Positions 18,940 through 29,500 of a DNA stretch of 64,000 nucleotides are shown here, piece after piece. The translations under genes and the position numbers were made by a program. The stretch spans positions 512,001 to 576,000 of the forward strand of contig CAVOVB010000001.1 in NCBI GenBank assembly GCA_963699755.1. The letters run 5' to 3'. A model generated the notes under the pieces. It did no database searches and had not been told where the DNA came from. It saw only the letters and a program-made list of their open reading frames with translations. The first letter of the stretch is position 1, and the number at the start of each line of letters is the position of its first letter. This stretch comes from an uncultured delta proteobacterium (lineage in GTDB: Bacteria; Myxococcota_A; Polyangia; Polyangiales; Houyiibacteriaceae).

Positions 18940-19569
18940 TCACAGGTGTAGAAGCTCTTCCGGGCTCTCGATGAAGCGGCTTGGACCTGCGGCTTCCAAG
19001 GTCTCTCGCGCGAAAGGGCCCCAGCTTACCGCTGCGGTCTCGACACCTGCCCGCCGACCGGCCTCGATGTCGTGATGGGAGTCGCCAATGAAGATCGCCT
19101 CCGCCGGTGACGCATCGAGAGCCGCCAGGGCCTTGAGCACAGGTTCGGGGTGCGGCTTGCCTCGGACGACGTCATCTGCGCAGATGCGAACCGAAAACTC
19201 CTCCTCGAGGCCGAGCAGTCGCAACCCTCGATTTGCGCCCCGGCTGAGCTTACTAGTCACCAAAGCGAGCCGTGCCTCGCTGCGGTGGAGCGTTTTCACG
19301 ACCTCGATGACGCCGGGGTATGGCTTTGCCATTTCATCATGATGCTCGAGGTTATAGTCGCGGTAGGACTCGAGCATCGCGTCGAGCTCCTCTTCAGAGC
19401 TCGCGAGCTCGCTGAGCTGGACGCGAAGCGGCGTACCAACGCCCGCAAGCCATCGGGCGTCCGACCGCTCGGGGCAACCGTGGACGCGCGCGGTGTGATG
19501 GAACGACTTCAAAATGAGCTCGATCGAGTCGAGCAGGGTTCCATCGAGATCGAAGAGGTAGGTTTTCAT
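18940..19569 (-). CDS. HAD-IA hydrolase (PpaX pyrophosphatase/phosphoglycolate phosphatase-like)
   Basis: FDLDGTLLDS, VTSK, KPHPEP, IGDSHHD. Confidence 0.88.
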   Translation of the reverse strand: MKTYLFDLDGTLLDSIELILKSFHHTARVHGCPERSDARWLAGVGTPLRVQLSELASSEEELDAMLESYRDYNLEHHDEMAKPYPGVIEVVKTLHRSEARLALVTSKLSRGANRGLRLLGLEEEFSVRICADDVVRGKPHPEPVLKALAALDASPAEAIFIGDSHHDIEAGRRAGVETAAVSWGPFARETLEAAGPSRFIESPEELLHL

Positions 19570-19597
19570 ATCGATGACCGATCTGGGCAGGGCCTGC

Positions 19598-20146
19598 TCA
19601 CCAAGCGCCTGTCCCAGGCTCTCCCTTGAAAGGCCCGACCACGTCCGGTGTGACCCAACCTCCGTAGAAGCCCCCCGGCTGTGGAGCGACGCGGTGCTCC
19701 GCGACATAGCACTTGAGCTTGCTCGGGTAGAAGCTCAGATACCCGCGGATAGCAGCGAAGTCTACAAACGGTTCTTCGTAGCTCCAGGCTGCGTTCTGGC
19801 TCTCATGTCCTTCGAGCCGCAGTGACCAGTACGTCGCCAGCCCCTTCCACTCGCAGAGCGAGGCTCCCCGGGCTCGTGAAAGGAGCTCGGTCCGAACGTC
19901 CTGCGGCGGGACGTAGAAGGTGGGTGGGCTCGCCGTCTCGAGAACGCGGATCGCTTGGCGCGACTCTGCGATGACCGTGCTTGCGTGCACGACCCGAACG
20001 AGACGGGTGTCGGGTTCGAGCCGCGGCGGGCGCGGGTAGTCCCAAACCGATTCCTGACCCGGTGCTGGTCGAACGGCCCAGTCCGGCCGTCCCGCGCCAC
20101 GATGGCTCCACTGAGCGCGCGCTTGCATGAGATCGTCTTCGTTCAT
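19598..20146 (-). CDS. DUF427 domain protein
   Basis: QESVWDYPRPP, ETASPPTFY, CEWKG, AAWSY, GGFYGGW. Confidence 0.85.
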   Translation of the reverse strand: MNEDDLMQARAQWSHRGAGRPDWAVRPAPGQESVWDYPRPPRLEPDTRLVRVVHASTVIAESRQAIRVLETASPPTFYVPPQDVRTELLSRARGASLCEWKGLATYWSLRLEGHESQNAAWSYEEPFVDFAAIRGYLSFYPSKLKCYVAEHRVAPQPGGFYGGWVTPDVVGPFKGEPGTGAW

Positions 20147-20192
20147 GCAACGACGATAGGGCCGGCAAGGCTCATCCGGGAGTGACCTTGCG

Positions 20193-20636
20193 CTACTCGC
20201 ACGCTTCTCGCGTGACTTGATGTCGGAAGTCGAACATGCGTTCGAGATTTCGGCGCGCAAAGCCGCCTCCAAAGGCGCGGCCGAGGATGCCCAGCGGGAG
20301 CTCGTATTCGATGTCATCGGTCAACAGGCACTGATTTTCGCCACGGGGTGTGACGATGTGCTTGTGCAACCAGCTCGCAAAGGGGCCCTTCACCATGCGG
20401 TCTGCAAACATCCGCCCAGGCTCGTAGGCAACGTGCTCGGCGACGATGGTTTGCCACAGCGGCCCCACCTTGACCTGCAAGATGACCTGCGTCCCGACCT
20501 CGAGTGAAGTCGGTGGTTGGACGATCCTAGTCGTCTGCCACGGCGGCTGCAGCCTTTCGAACGCATCAGGCGCTTCATGAAACGCGAACACCTTTTGAGC
20601 GCTCGCATCGATCAGGCTCTCTTTGACGAATCGCAT
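20193..20636 (-). CDS. SRPBCC/START-like ligand-binding protein
   Basis: VFAFHE..L.PPW, F.D.MVKGPFASWLHKH, MFDFRH. Confidence 0.8.
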   Translation of the reverse strand: MRFVKESLIDASAQKVFAFHEAPDAFERLQPPWQTTRIVQPPTSLEVGTQVILQVKVGPLWQTIVAEHVAYEPGRMFADRMVKGPFASWLHKHIVTPRGENQCLLTDDIEYELPLGILGRAFGGGFARRNLERMFDFRHQVTREACE

Positions 20637-20801
20637 GTCTTTCCCCTGCTGGAGCCCTAGCACGCGTTCGCGCTGCCCACGATGGGATCTTCGCGCCCGC
20701 TTGCTCGATCCCACGTCAGTGGTACCGTCCGGCTCACAGAGGTCGAGGCGTCGCTGAGCGGATAACCCGCACTCGGTCGTGCCTGTGTCGAGAGGCGCGG
20801 A

Positions 20802-21761
20802 GTGTCCCAGGCTGGACGAAAACGAGCAGGACGATGGACTGCGGTCCTTGTCGGGTCGCTCGCGGCGCACCTCCTCGCGCTTTGGGCCTTGGGCCGTCTC
20901 CCACGTTACTCGGCCACATGGACACCGAACGTGATCGACGTCGCGTTCACCATTGCAGACCCTCAGCCAGCCGCGGCGACCGCTAGGAGGGAGCCCATCG
21001 AGCTTTCGGATCCCGAAATCGCTTTGCCGATAGCGGTGACGCAGCCCAGGCGGCCCAGCAACAGAGCCGATCGAAGCGTCGATCCAAAGCCCATCGCGAC
21101 CCCGCGGCCGCCCTCGGAAGCCGAGGTGCTCGTCGCGCTCGACCCGAGCAGCGTCGCGCGCGCTTTCCTCATCACTCAAGAAGCCAGCGCAAGCGACCCG
21201 TCAGAAGAAGCGCAGAACGGTTCGCGGCCGGCCGAAGCGGAGGCTGGGCCAAGGAACTACTTCGAAGGCGTCGGCGCCAAGCAGCACCTCTCCGTCCGTG
21301 ACCCTCCGAAGCTCCGCCGGCACCGGGATGGGACCCATCACTACCAGGGCCATGCGTTTAAAGCGATCGTCGAGAAGGACGGCTCGGTCACCTTCGACGA
21401 TGGCTACGGCCAGGGGGTCACCGTCCGATTCGACATCAGCGAGCTCATGATGAGAAGGCGCGGCGAAGACCCGTACCGAGTCGAGAAGAACTGGTTCCTC
21501 GAGGGCACCTCGGAGTTTCGCCAAGAGCTCTTCGAACGCTGGAAGGCCAAACAGACTCTCGTCGCCCTCCGCAAGCTCCGCATCAGCCTTCTCCGTATCT
21601 CGGAAGACGAAGCCCTCACCGGCGGACAGAAGGCCGACCGGGTGATCGCGATGTTCCAAGATACCGCAGAGGACGAAGCGGGCGCCTCCGCGCGCGAGGC
21701 GATTGCCGAGTTCGTGGCGGAGCGAATGCCAGAGGTCGAGCTGCCGCGCGACGCTCAGTGA
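20802..21761 (+). CDS. Hypothetical membrane-anchored protein with Pro-rich linker
   Basis: N-terminal SLAAHLL transmembrane helix (TonB-like), Pro-rich spacer, globular C-terminus of unknown family. Confidence 0.6.
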   Translation: MSQAGRKRAGRWTAVLVGSLAAHLLALWALGRLPRYSATWTPNVIDVAFTIADPQPAAATARREPIELSDPEIALPIAVTQPRRPSNRADRSVDPKPIATPRPPSEAEVLVALDPSSVARAFLITQEASASDPSEEAQNGSRPAEAEAGPRNYFEGVGAKQHLSVRDPPKLRRHRDGTHHYQGHAFKAIVEKDGSVTFDDGYGQGVTVRFDISELMMRRRGEDPYRVEKNWFLEGTSEFRQELFERWKAKQTLVALRKLRISLLRISEDEALTGGQKADRVIAMFQDTAEDEAGASAREAIAEFVAERMPEVELPRDAQ

Positions 21762-21835
21762 TCCTGAGCGCCGCCCCGCGAACCCGATCCGCGCTTCTGC
21801 ACTTTACGCCCGCGCGCGCAGCGCCCAGTCCTCAC

Positions 21836-24415
21836 TCAGTTGTCAGCGGTCGAGATGACGGTCTCGGAGATCTTTGCGGCTTCGACGTCCGCGGGGCAGT
21901 AGGGCATGTCGTTCCAACCCTTGCCCGACATCAGCTCCGTCCAATCGGAGTAGTGCGGCGACGTCGGGTCGGTCGACTGCGAGTAGGTGAGCACCGCAAA
22001 GGCATCCGGGCATTCTGATTCGTCCCAGGTCACCGTTTGGATGTAGCTGTTGCCGGCGCGGATGTCGCTATAGCCCTCGCCGTCGACGTAGTTGGCGCTG
22101 ATGACGCTCCACATGAAGCCCCCCGATCCGCCGTGTACGGGAATCTGGGCACTGCGATCGCCATTCCAACGGAATTGAATCGAGCCCCAGTCCGCGTCGA
22201 GCGCCGTGCCTCGGCTGACCATGGTGTCCACGCCTGCGCCAATTCCACACCGAATCGCTTCGACCACGGCTGCGTCGGCCATGTTGACCGTGCGCGGCGT
22301 GTTGACGGCGTCGTTCGGATCGAAGGGCACGACCCAGAACGACTCCCCGCGCGCAATGCGAGGCCAGACTTCATTCCAGAGCCCGGCGCCAACGCTGTCG
22401 ATGTTGAAGAGACGGTCCCAGTCGGCGAGAATCGCGCAGGCGCCTTGGGCCACCGCCGGGTTGGCGCTATACGGATTTCCGCCACAGTCTCCCGCCGACC
22501 AATCCGCAACGCCGTTGCAGGCAGTCAGGACGTCGTCGAGGGTGAGCTCTGCCGCGATGTTGCGACTGCCGAACATCACGTCCCGGAGATTGGCGATGGT
22601 GAAGCCCGGGGCGCCGAGCCCATCGGTGCCCGCGATGCGCTCCTCGGCTTGGACGAACCCTTGCCGCGTGCGGAGCGACTGCTGAATGCGCTCCGGCGGC
22701 TCGAAACCGTTTCGCCCCATCAGCGGCGAGTAGTCCTCGAGCAGCATGTTCGGGCTGCTGAGCCAGTAGCTGTCATTCGAATTCGAGACGTAGGGGACGG
22801 TCTCGCTCGTCCGAATCTTCGGGAGGTTGCCGAATCCGAGCAGCCCTTCGGGGCCGTCGGGATCGGTGCCCCACTCGCACTCGCTCCGCGACCCGTCGAG
22901 CGTCGCAATGCCCTGGCCGGTGATGGCCAGCCCGAAGAGGTTGTTCCCGCAGTCGTCGAGCTTTGCCTTGCTGACATTCGGCACGGTCGAGACGTCGGCG
23001 TAGTACCCGGTGCCCGCACGATCAGCAGCGATCGTGTTGACCCAGGGGAGCGCGATGTCTTTGAGCGCGTCCTCGAGCTCGTCGATCGAGCGCGACTGAC
23101 CCATCTTGGTGAATTGATCGAGGATTCTGGTGTTGTCGATGTTCGCATCTCGAACGGCAAATGCGTTACCCCCAATCGCCGTCGGCCAGCCTGCAGCCAA
23201 GCTGCTCAGCGCGCCCAGGTCCAAGATCGGGCCGTAGTGCGTCATGTAGATGTTCTTGGTTCGCTCCTCGATGGTGCCGTCTGGGAGCTTGACCTCGATC
23301 GTGACCGGATTGGTTTCGATGTCGCGAATCTCGTCGTCGTAGTGATACTGGTACGGGTTGTCGTCGACCAGATCCAGCACATAGAGGCCGAAGCGCTGCG
23401 CCGTCGACACCGTGTGCGACCAGGCCAGGTCGCCGTTGAAGCCGATGTTGACCACTGGCACGCCCTGAAGCGACGCGCCCATCACGTCGTACTGCCCCGG
23501 GACCGTCAGGTGCTGGACATACCAGCGCTCCGGGCCCTGCCAGGGGAAATGGGGGTTTCCGAGGAGGAGCCCGCTCGCGCTCTGCGAGCCCTCGGCGCCG
23601 ATGCCGTATGCATTGCTGCCCATTTGCGTTGGCTCGGGCAGGCCGAGCGCGGAGAAGTCGACCGGCTCGCTTTGGATCAAACCCCTGTCCAAGCTCGCCA
23701 ATGATTGAGTCGGCGCCGAGTCGTTGGCTGCGATGATCAGGTTGGTAAGCTGCGAGATACCCGCACGGAGGATTAGCTTGCGGTAGACCTTGGCGAGGTC
23801 GACGTCGGTGATTGGGCGAACCCATTCAGCATCGCGACAGCCCTCGGGGCCTTCCGGCAAATTCTCCACCCCTGTCTCCTCCAGGTACCGGCTGAACCCG
23901 GCCGCATAGCCAAGCGCGAGGTGCTGAAGATTCCGGCTGGCCGCGGGCAGAAACACGTTCGCGACGTACTCGTCGCTAGCGAAGAAGCGGTAAATGTAGT
24001 CTCGGTTCTGGTTGCTGTTGCTGTCTCCTAAGTATCGCGCGCTTTCTCCGTTGGCGACGACGATCTCGCGCATCAAGACACAGAAGTTGTCCTGCGCGTA
24101 GGCATAGCCCGCGCCGTATCCGAGGCCGCCGAAGTTGTCGGCGGTGACGTGTGGAATGCCGTAGGTCGTCCGGACGATCGTCGCGCTGAAGTCTTCCGAG
24201 AGCGCGCCACCAATGCCGCCCATGCCGCTTTCACCGCCGAGGCCGCCCGCTCCACCGGCGCCGCCGCCACCTGTCGCGCCGCCGGTACCCGACATGCCGC
24301 CGCTGCCCGCCGTGCCGCTGTCGCCACCGGAGCCTGTCTGCGCAGTGTCACTGGAGCCGCAACCCACCGAAAGGGCAAGCACCGCAAGCCCAAGCCAAGC
24401 CAAAGATCGAATCAT
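21836..24415 (-). CDS. Penicillin acylase family Ntn-hydrolase (PvdQ/AHL-acylase-like) lipoprotein
   Basis: RBS AGGAGG, lipobox SVGC, Gly-rich linker, RTTYGIPH, beta-chain start SNAY, NPHFPW, AWSHTVS, NSNDSYW, TYSQSTDP. Confidence 0.9.
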   Translation of the reverse strand: MIRSLAWLGLAVLALSVGCGSSDTAQTGSGGDSGTAGSGGMSGTGGATGGGGAGGAGGLGGESGMGGIGGALSEDFSATIVRTTYGIPHVTADNFGGLGYGAGYAYAQDNFCVLMREIVVANGESARYLGDSNSNQNRDYIYRFFASDEYVANVFLPAASRNLQHLALGYAAGFSRYLEETGVENLPEGPEGCRDAEWVRPITDVDLAKVYRKLILRAGISQLTNLIIAANDSAPTQSLASLDRGLIQSEPVDFSALGLPEPTQMGSNAYGIGAEGSQSASGLLLGNPHFPWQGPERWYVQHLTVPGQYDVMGASLQGVPVVNIGFNGDLAWSHTVSTAQRFGLYVLDLVDDNPYQYHYDDEIRDIETNPVTIEVKLPDGTIEERTKNIYMTHYGPILDLGALSSLAAGWPTAIGGNAFAVRDANIDNTRILDQFTKMGQSRSIDELEDALKDIALPWVNTIAADRAGTGYYADVSTVPNVSKAKLDDCGNNLFGLAITGQGIATLDGSRSECEWGTDPDGPEGLLGFGNLPKIRTSETVPYVSNSNDSYWLSSPNMLLEDYSPLMGRNGFEPPERIQQSLRTRQGFVQAEERIAGTDGLGAPGFTIANLRDVMFGSRNIAAELTLDDVLTACNGVADWSAGDCGGNPYSANPAVAQGACAILADWDRLFNIDSVGAGLWNEVWPRIARGESFWVVPFDPNDAVNTPRTVNMADAAVVEAIRCGIGAGVDTMVSRGTALDADWGSIQFRWNGDRSAQIPVHGGSGGFMWSVISANYVDGEGYSDIRAGNSYIQTVTWDESECPDAFAVLTYSQSTDPTSPHYSDWTELMSGKGWNDMPYCPADVEAAKISETVISTADN

Positions 24416-24644
24416 CGAGAACCTCCTACCGAGCCAGCCGGGCTCGGAACCGCCGTGGGAGGCTATCCTGGACCACCGGCAGCTGTCTACCTCGACATCC
24501 AGAGCGCGCAATTGCAACGCAACCCGCCACCACAAACCTCGAGGCAACCCTATTCGGTCGACTCGACTCGGGGCGCAGGCTGGGTTCAGGGGTCACAGCC
24601 GATGGTGCTTGTGAGTCCTCGGTCCTGTGATAAAAGCATCAGCC

Positions 24645-26447
24645 ATGCGACATGAATGCTTGAAGTTGGCGATTTGCGCCGCGATCTCTGGTACAGCAAT
24701 TTTCGGGTGCGATTCCAGCAGCGGAGCAACGACGCCTTCCACGAGCTGCGCGGACGCAGCGGCCGATGCAACGCAGACCTGCCTCAGCGAAGTCAACGCG
24801 GCCTGGGAGGCCTGCTACGAGAACGGCGACACGGCCTGCGGCGCGGATGACCCGGCGGTCGCCGCAGCACTCGACGCGCTCGAGTCGACCGTGACCGCCA
24901 GCTGCACCGATGGCGAGCTCAAGTCGCTCGACGTGACGGCGCTGGTCGGACGGCTTCAAACCTCGTGTGCCTCCGAAGCCATGTCGCTCGCATCTCGTTC
25001 CTATGGCGGTCCGCAGGGAGCGGTCTGGGCGGACGGCGACGTGGACAACCAGGCTTGTATTCAGGCCGCGCACCTCAGCGCGTCGAATCTAATCGACGCC
25101 GTGGTCGCAGGCGGAAACGACTGTCTCGCGTCCGAAGTCTGCGACGAAGCCACCTTCGATGCCGACGTCGTCGCACTCGCGGCATCGGCAACGGAAGAGA
25201 TCGCGCAATCCTGCGATGCGCTCGAGAGCCTGATTGCGCTCACGCCTGCACAATACGTCGAACGAGCGGTGCACCAGTCAAACTGCGTCATCGCCACGGT
25301 CAATGCGGACACGGCTCCGCTCACGCTCTCGTGCGGGCCTGAACGTGCCGGCGAGACCCCGGCGCGCGGCGAATACGTCCAGGTCGTGCTCGACGGCGAG
25401 GAGTGGGGCACCCTCTGCGGCGACGGGAGCCCGTTTGCCTTCCAACTTCGACTTGCGCCCGAAGGCGAGCCGCTCGACCGCGTGCTGATCGGCATGGAGG
25501 GCGGAGGCGTCTGCGTCTTCGAGGCGGACTGCTCGAACATCGTTGACAACGCCCCTGACTTGCTCGAAGCGCTCAGCGATGAAGCGCCGACCAGCGGAAT
25601 TATGAGCAACGATCCGGAAGCCAACCCGTTCGCAAACTGGACCAAGGTGTTCCTGCCGTACTGCAATCAGGACGTCTACACCGGGGGAGGCGTCGAACAG
25701 CCCTTCACCGACTTCACCATTCAGCGATACGGCGCCCTCAACGTTCGGGCCGCCGTCGAGTACGTTCGCAACCTGCTCTGGCGCATGCTCGACGAAGAGG
25801 GGGGCGACGGGTACCGACCCGATCAGATCACAGCCGCGCTAGGAGGTTGGTCTGCCGGCGGGTTCGGCACGCTCTACAACTACCACTGGGTGCTCGACGA
25901 TCTCCAATGGCCGCAGACCAGCGGCTTCCCCGACGCTTCGCTCGCGCTCGACAGCGGGGGTTTCCCCAGCATCAGCGCGCTGGGCGTCCTCCTGGTCGCC
26001 CAATGGGCGGCCTTGCCCAACTTCCCGCCATACTGCTTTGCGGGTGACTGCGCCGTCGGTCCCACGCTCTATGCCGCAACCACGCCTCGTCTGAAGGCCG
26101 TGCCGAATCAGCAGCTCTTGATCCTGACCAATCAGAACGACAGTACGCAGGTGGGGACGACGTTCTTCCCGAGCACCGAGGCCTGGATCAACGCGGAGCG
26201 CGCATCGGTATGCGACACGCGCGACCTCGATGGCATCCAGTACTATCTGACCAGCGACACCGAAAGCGTGCACGTCGTGTCGCTTGGACCTCTCTATGAA
26301 GGCTCGGTCGACGGCGAGGTCATGTCTGACTGGCTTTGGAACGGCGTCGTCGCGGATCCCGAGAACGTGGTCGACCGGATGGAGGAAGGCGACTTCCAGA
26401 ACGCGATCGAGGGCGTAAACGCTTTCCCCTGCGCGGTGGCGCCGTAA
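24645..26447 (+). CDS. Pectinacetylesterase/Notum-like serine hydrolase lipoprotein with Cys-rich N-domain
   Basis: Lipobox IFGC, CGDGSP, EGGGVC, PYCNQD, GWSAGG nucleophile. Confidence 0.75.
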   Translation: MRHECLKLAICAAISGTAIFGCDSSSGATTPSTSCADAAADATQTCLSEVNAAWEACYENGDTACGADDPAVAAALDALESTVTASCTDGELKSLDVTALVGRLQTSCASEAMSLASRSYGGPQGAVWADGDVDNQACIQAAHLSASNLIDAVVAGGNDCLASEVCDEATFDADVVALAASATEEIAQSCDALESLIALTPAQYVERAVHQSNCVIATVNADTAPLTLSCGPERAGETPARGEYVQVVLDGEEWGTLCGDGSPFAFQLRLAPEGEPLDRVLIGMEGGGVCVFEADCSNIVDNAPDLLEALSDEAPTSGIMSNDPEANPFANWTKVFLPYCNQDVYTGGGVEQPFTDFTIQRYGALNVRAAVEYVRNLLWRMLDEEGGDGYRPDQITAALGGWSAGGFGTLYNYHWVLDDLQWPQTSGFPDASLALDSGGFPSISALGVLLVAQWAALPNFPPYCFAGDCAVGPTLYAATTPRLKAVPNQQLLILTNQNDSTQVGTTFFPSTEAWINAERASVCDTRDLDGIQYYLTSDTESVHVVSLGPLYEGSVDGEVMSDWLWNGVVADPENVVDRMEEGDFQNAIEGVNAFPCAVAP

Positions 26448-26597
26448 AGGTCCTGCCGCACCAACGGCGCAAAACCGGCCGGTTCCCCCGGCGAGAACGC
26501 CAGTCATCAAATGCCGCTTGCCGAGGGGATCGGGGGGCGCGTAAGGTCATGATTCCACCGACCCGTATTCGCGGTGGGTCTGCCGGAGGAACGGCCA

Positions 26598-29500
26598 ATG
26601 AATAGATGCATCTTCGCTCGATGCTGGGTGAGCTTGTTGCTCGCTGCGGCTATGATTGTTGCAATCACCCCGTGGAGGAGCGCATCGGCTCAGCCCGGGT
26701 TCACCGCCTTCGAGACAGGGCCGGTCCGGCCGCTTGCCAAGTGGAACAATGTCTTCGTTGCCGTCAACACGCCGGACAACCGGCTCGAGGTCTTTCAGGC
26801 GCTGAGCGGGGGTCTCGATCCCAGAAGAGGCGCTCAAGTAGGCTTGGAGCCATGCGCCGTCGCCATCACCAGTGACGGCAGTCAAGCCTGGGTGGTCAAT
26901 CACCTCTCCGACAGCGTGAGCATCGTGGATCTATCGCTCGCCCGCGTGGTTCGGACGCTGCTCGTCGGCGATGAGCCCCGCGATATCGTCATGGCCGACC
27001 CCGATGGTGAAGGTCCCCTTGCGGAACGCGCCTTCATCACGACCGCTCACCGAGGGCAGCACCGCACCGATCCGTCGATCATCGGCGTGCCCGGTGCTGG
27101 TGATCCGGAGCTGACGGCGCCCAGCGTGCCACGCGCCGATGTCTGGGTCTTCGATACCGAGAACCCGGGCGCCGGCGTAGGTGGCGTGCCACTCGAGATC
27201 GTCGAGCTGTTCAGTGACACGCCCCGCGCGCTTGCAGTGAGCTCCGATGGCAGCAGCGTCTACGCGGCCGCCTTCCATTCCGGCAATCAGACCGCCGTCG
27301 TCAACGAAGGTCCGGTCTGCAATGGCTTCGGGACGAGCCCCTGCAGCGGCGATGGGATCATCTCGCCCAACGGGCTCAGCGGGGGTCAGCTGCCGGGTGG
27401 CAATCCGGGGCCCTCCCAGAATGCAGCCGGGGACAATGCGCCCGAAACGGGCTTGGTCGTCAAGTTCCACCAGCCCTCCGGCCAGTGGCGAGACGAGGGC
27501 GGCCGTAACTGGAGCAACGGGATTCGCTTCTTCCTGCCCGACTTCGACGTCTTCGAGATCGATTCGACGACGCTCGATGAAACGACCGCCTTTTCCGGGG
27601 TGGGCACGGTCAACTTCAACATGGTCGTCAATCCGGTCAACGGAAACGTCTATGTGTCGAACACCGACGCGCAGAACCTTACCCGTTTCGAGGGCCCCGG
27701 CATCTTCGGCGGCAGCACGGTTCAAGGCAATCTGCATCAGGCGCGCATCACTGTCCTCGAGGGCAGCAGCGTGTCCCCGGTGCACTTGAACAATCACATC
27801 AACTACAACATCCTTCCCGCGCCGCCGGGCACCAAGGCCCACAGCCTCGCGACCCCTCTGGAGATGGTCGTCTCGTCGGATGGCGCGACCCTGTACGTCG
27901 CCGCGTTCGGTTCCAGCAAAGTCGGCGTGATTCCCACCGCCGCCCTCGACAACGGCACCTTTGATCCGACCACCGAAAGCGGCAACTACATCCCCGTCAG
28001 CGGTGGTGGCCCGAGCGGGCTCGTTCTGGATGAAACCTACGAGCTGCTCTACGTGCTCACGCGCTTCGACAACTCGATTTCGGTGATCGACCTACTCACC
28101 GACACCGAAGTGAACCACTTCCCGCTCCACAATCCAGAGCCGCCCTCCGTCGTCGAGGGGCGTCCCTTGTTGTATGACTCGAACCTGACCTCGAGCAACG
28201 GCGAAGCCAGCTGTTCGAGCTGCCACGTCTTCGGTGACTTCGACAGCTTGGCCTGGGATCTCGGCAACCCCGATGACATCGTTACGACCAATCCGCTCGT
28301 CGTCAATCTCGGTGCCTTTGTGAGCTTCTTTCCGGGCGGGCTGGGTGCAACGATCAACGGCACCGGCAACGTTCAAGATTTTCACCCGATGAAGGGTCCG
28401 ATGACGACCCAGACGCTCCGCGGCCTCGCTACGAGCGGCGCCATGCATTGGCGCGGCGACCGCTCGAATGGGTTCTTCGGAATCAGCACCAACGATGAAG
28501 ACTTGGCCTTTAGAAACTTCATCGGCGCCTTCAACGGCCTGGTTGGCGATACAGTGCCGCCAAACGATCCGACGCGACAGGCTGACATGCAGCGCTTTGC
28601 CGATTTCATGCTGCAAGTCCGGCTTCCGCCGAACCCGATTCGCAACCTCGACAACTCGCTGACGAGCGCTCAGCAGCGCGGTCTCGACTTCTTCGATGGA
28701 AGCACCGGGCAGCTTTCCGACGGCTCGTCGGTCTCACCCGGCGTGACCGGATTCACCTGCGAGGGCTGCCACCGGCTCGACCCGTCTCAAGGGTTCTTTG
28801 GCACCGGCACCTTCGCCAGCTTCGAAAACGAGCCGCAGATCATGAAGATCCCGCACCTCCGCAATCTCTATCAGAAGGTCGGAATGTTCGGGATGCCCAA
28901 CGTGGACTTCAACCTTCCCGGCGACGGCAGCCATCGCGGCGAGCAGGTGCGCGGCACGGGCTTCTTGCACGACGGCAGTACCGACACGGTTTTCCGTTTC
29001 TTGACAGCAGACGTGTTTCGGAATCCGGGGCTCGTGTTCAACGATCCCAATGTCGGTTTCGATGGGGGCAACCCACAGCGTCGTGATGTCGAGGCCTTGA
29101 TGCTCGCATTTGACTCCGACCTGGCGCCCATCGTCGGGCAGCAAGTCACGCTGACCAGCAGCAACCTGGCGGATGTGATCAATCGCATCACGCTGCTCGA
29201 GCAACGCGCCGGAACTGCGTTCACCTCGGCCGTGCTTGGCGGGACAGTCACAGAGTGCGACCTGGTCGTGCATGGCTACGTTGCAGGGCTTCCCCGGAGC
29301 TTCCTCTACGACCCGGGCTCCAATACGTACGAATGGGACTCGGCGGCTCAGGCGCCCATCACGCCAGCGGCTCTCCGTGCCTTTGCCAACACGGCGAAGC
29401 AGGAGCTCACGTACACCTGCGCGCCGCCAGGGTCTGGCGTCCGCATGGCGTTGGACCGTGACGGAGACGGGGTGTTCAACCGAGATGAAGTGCTCGCGGC

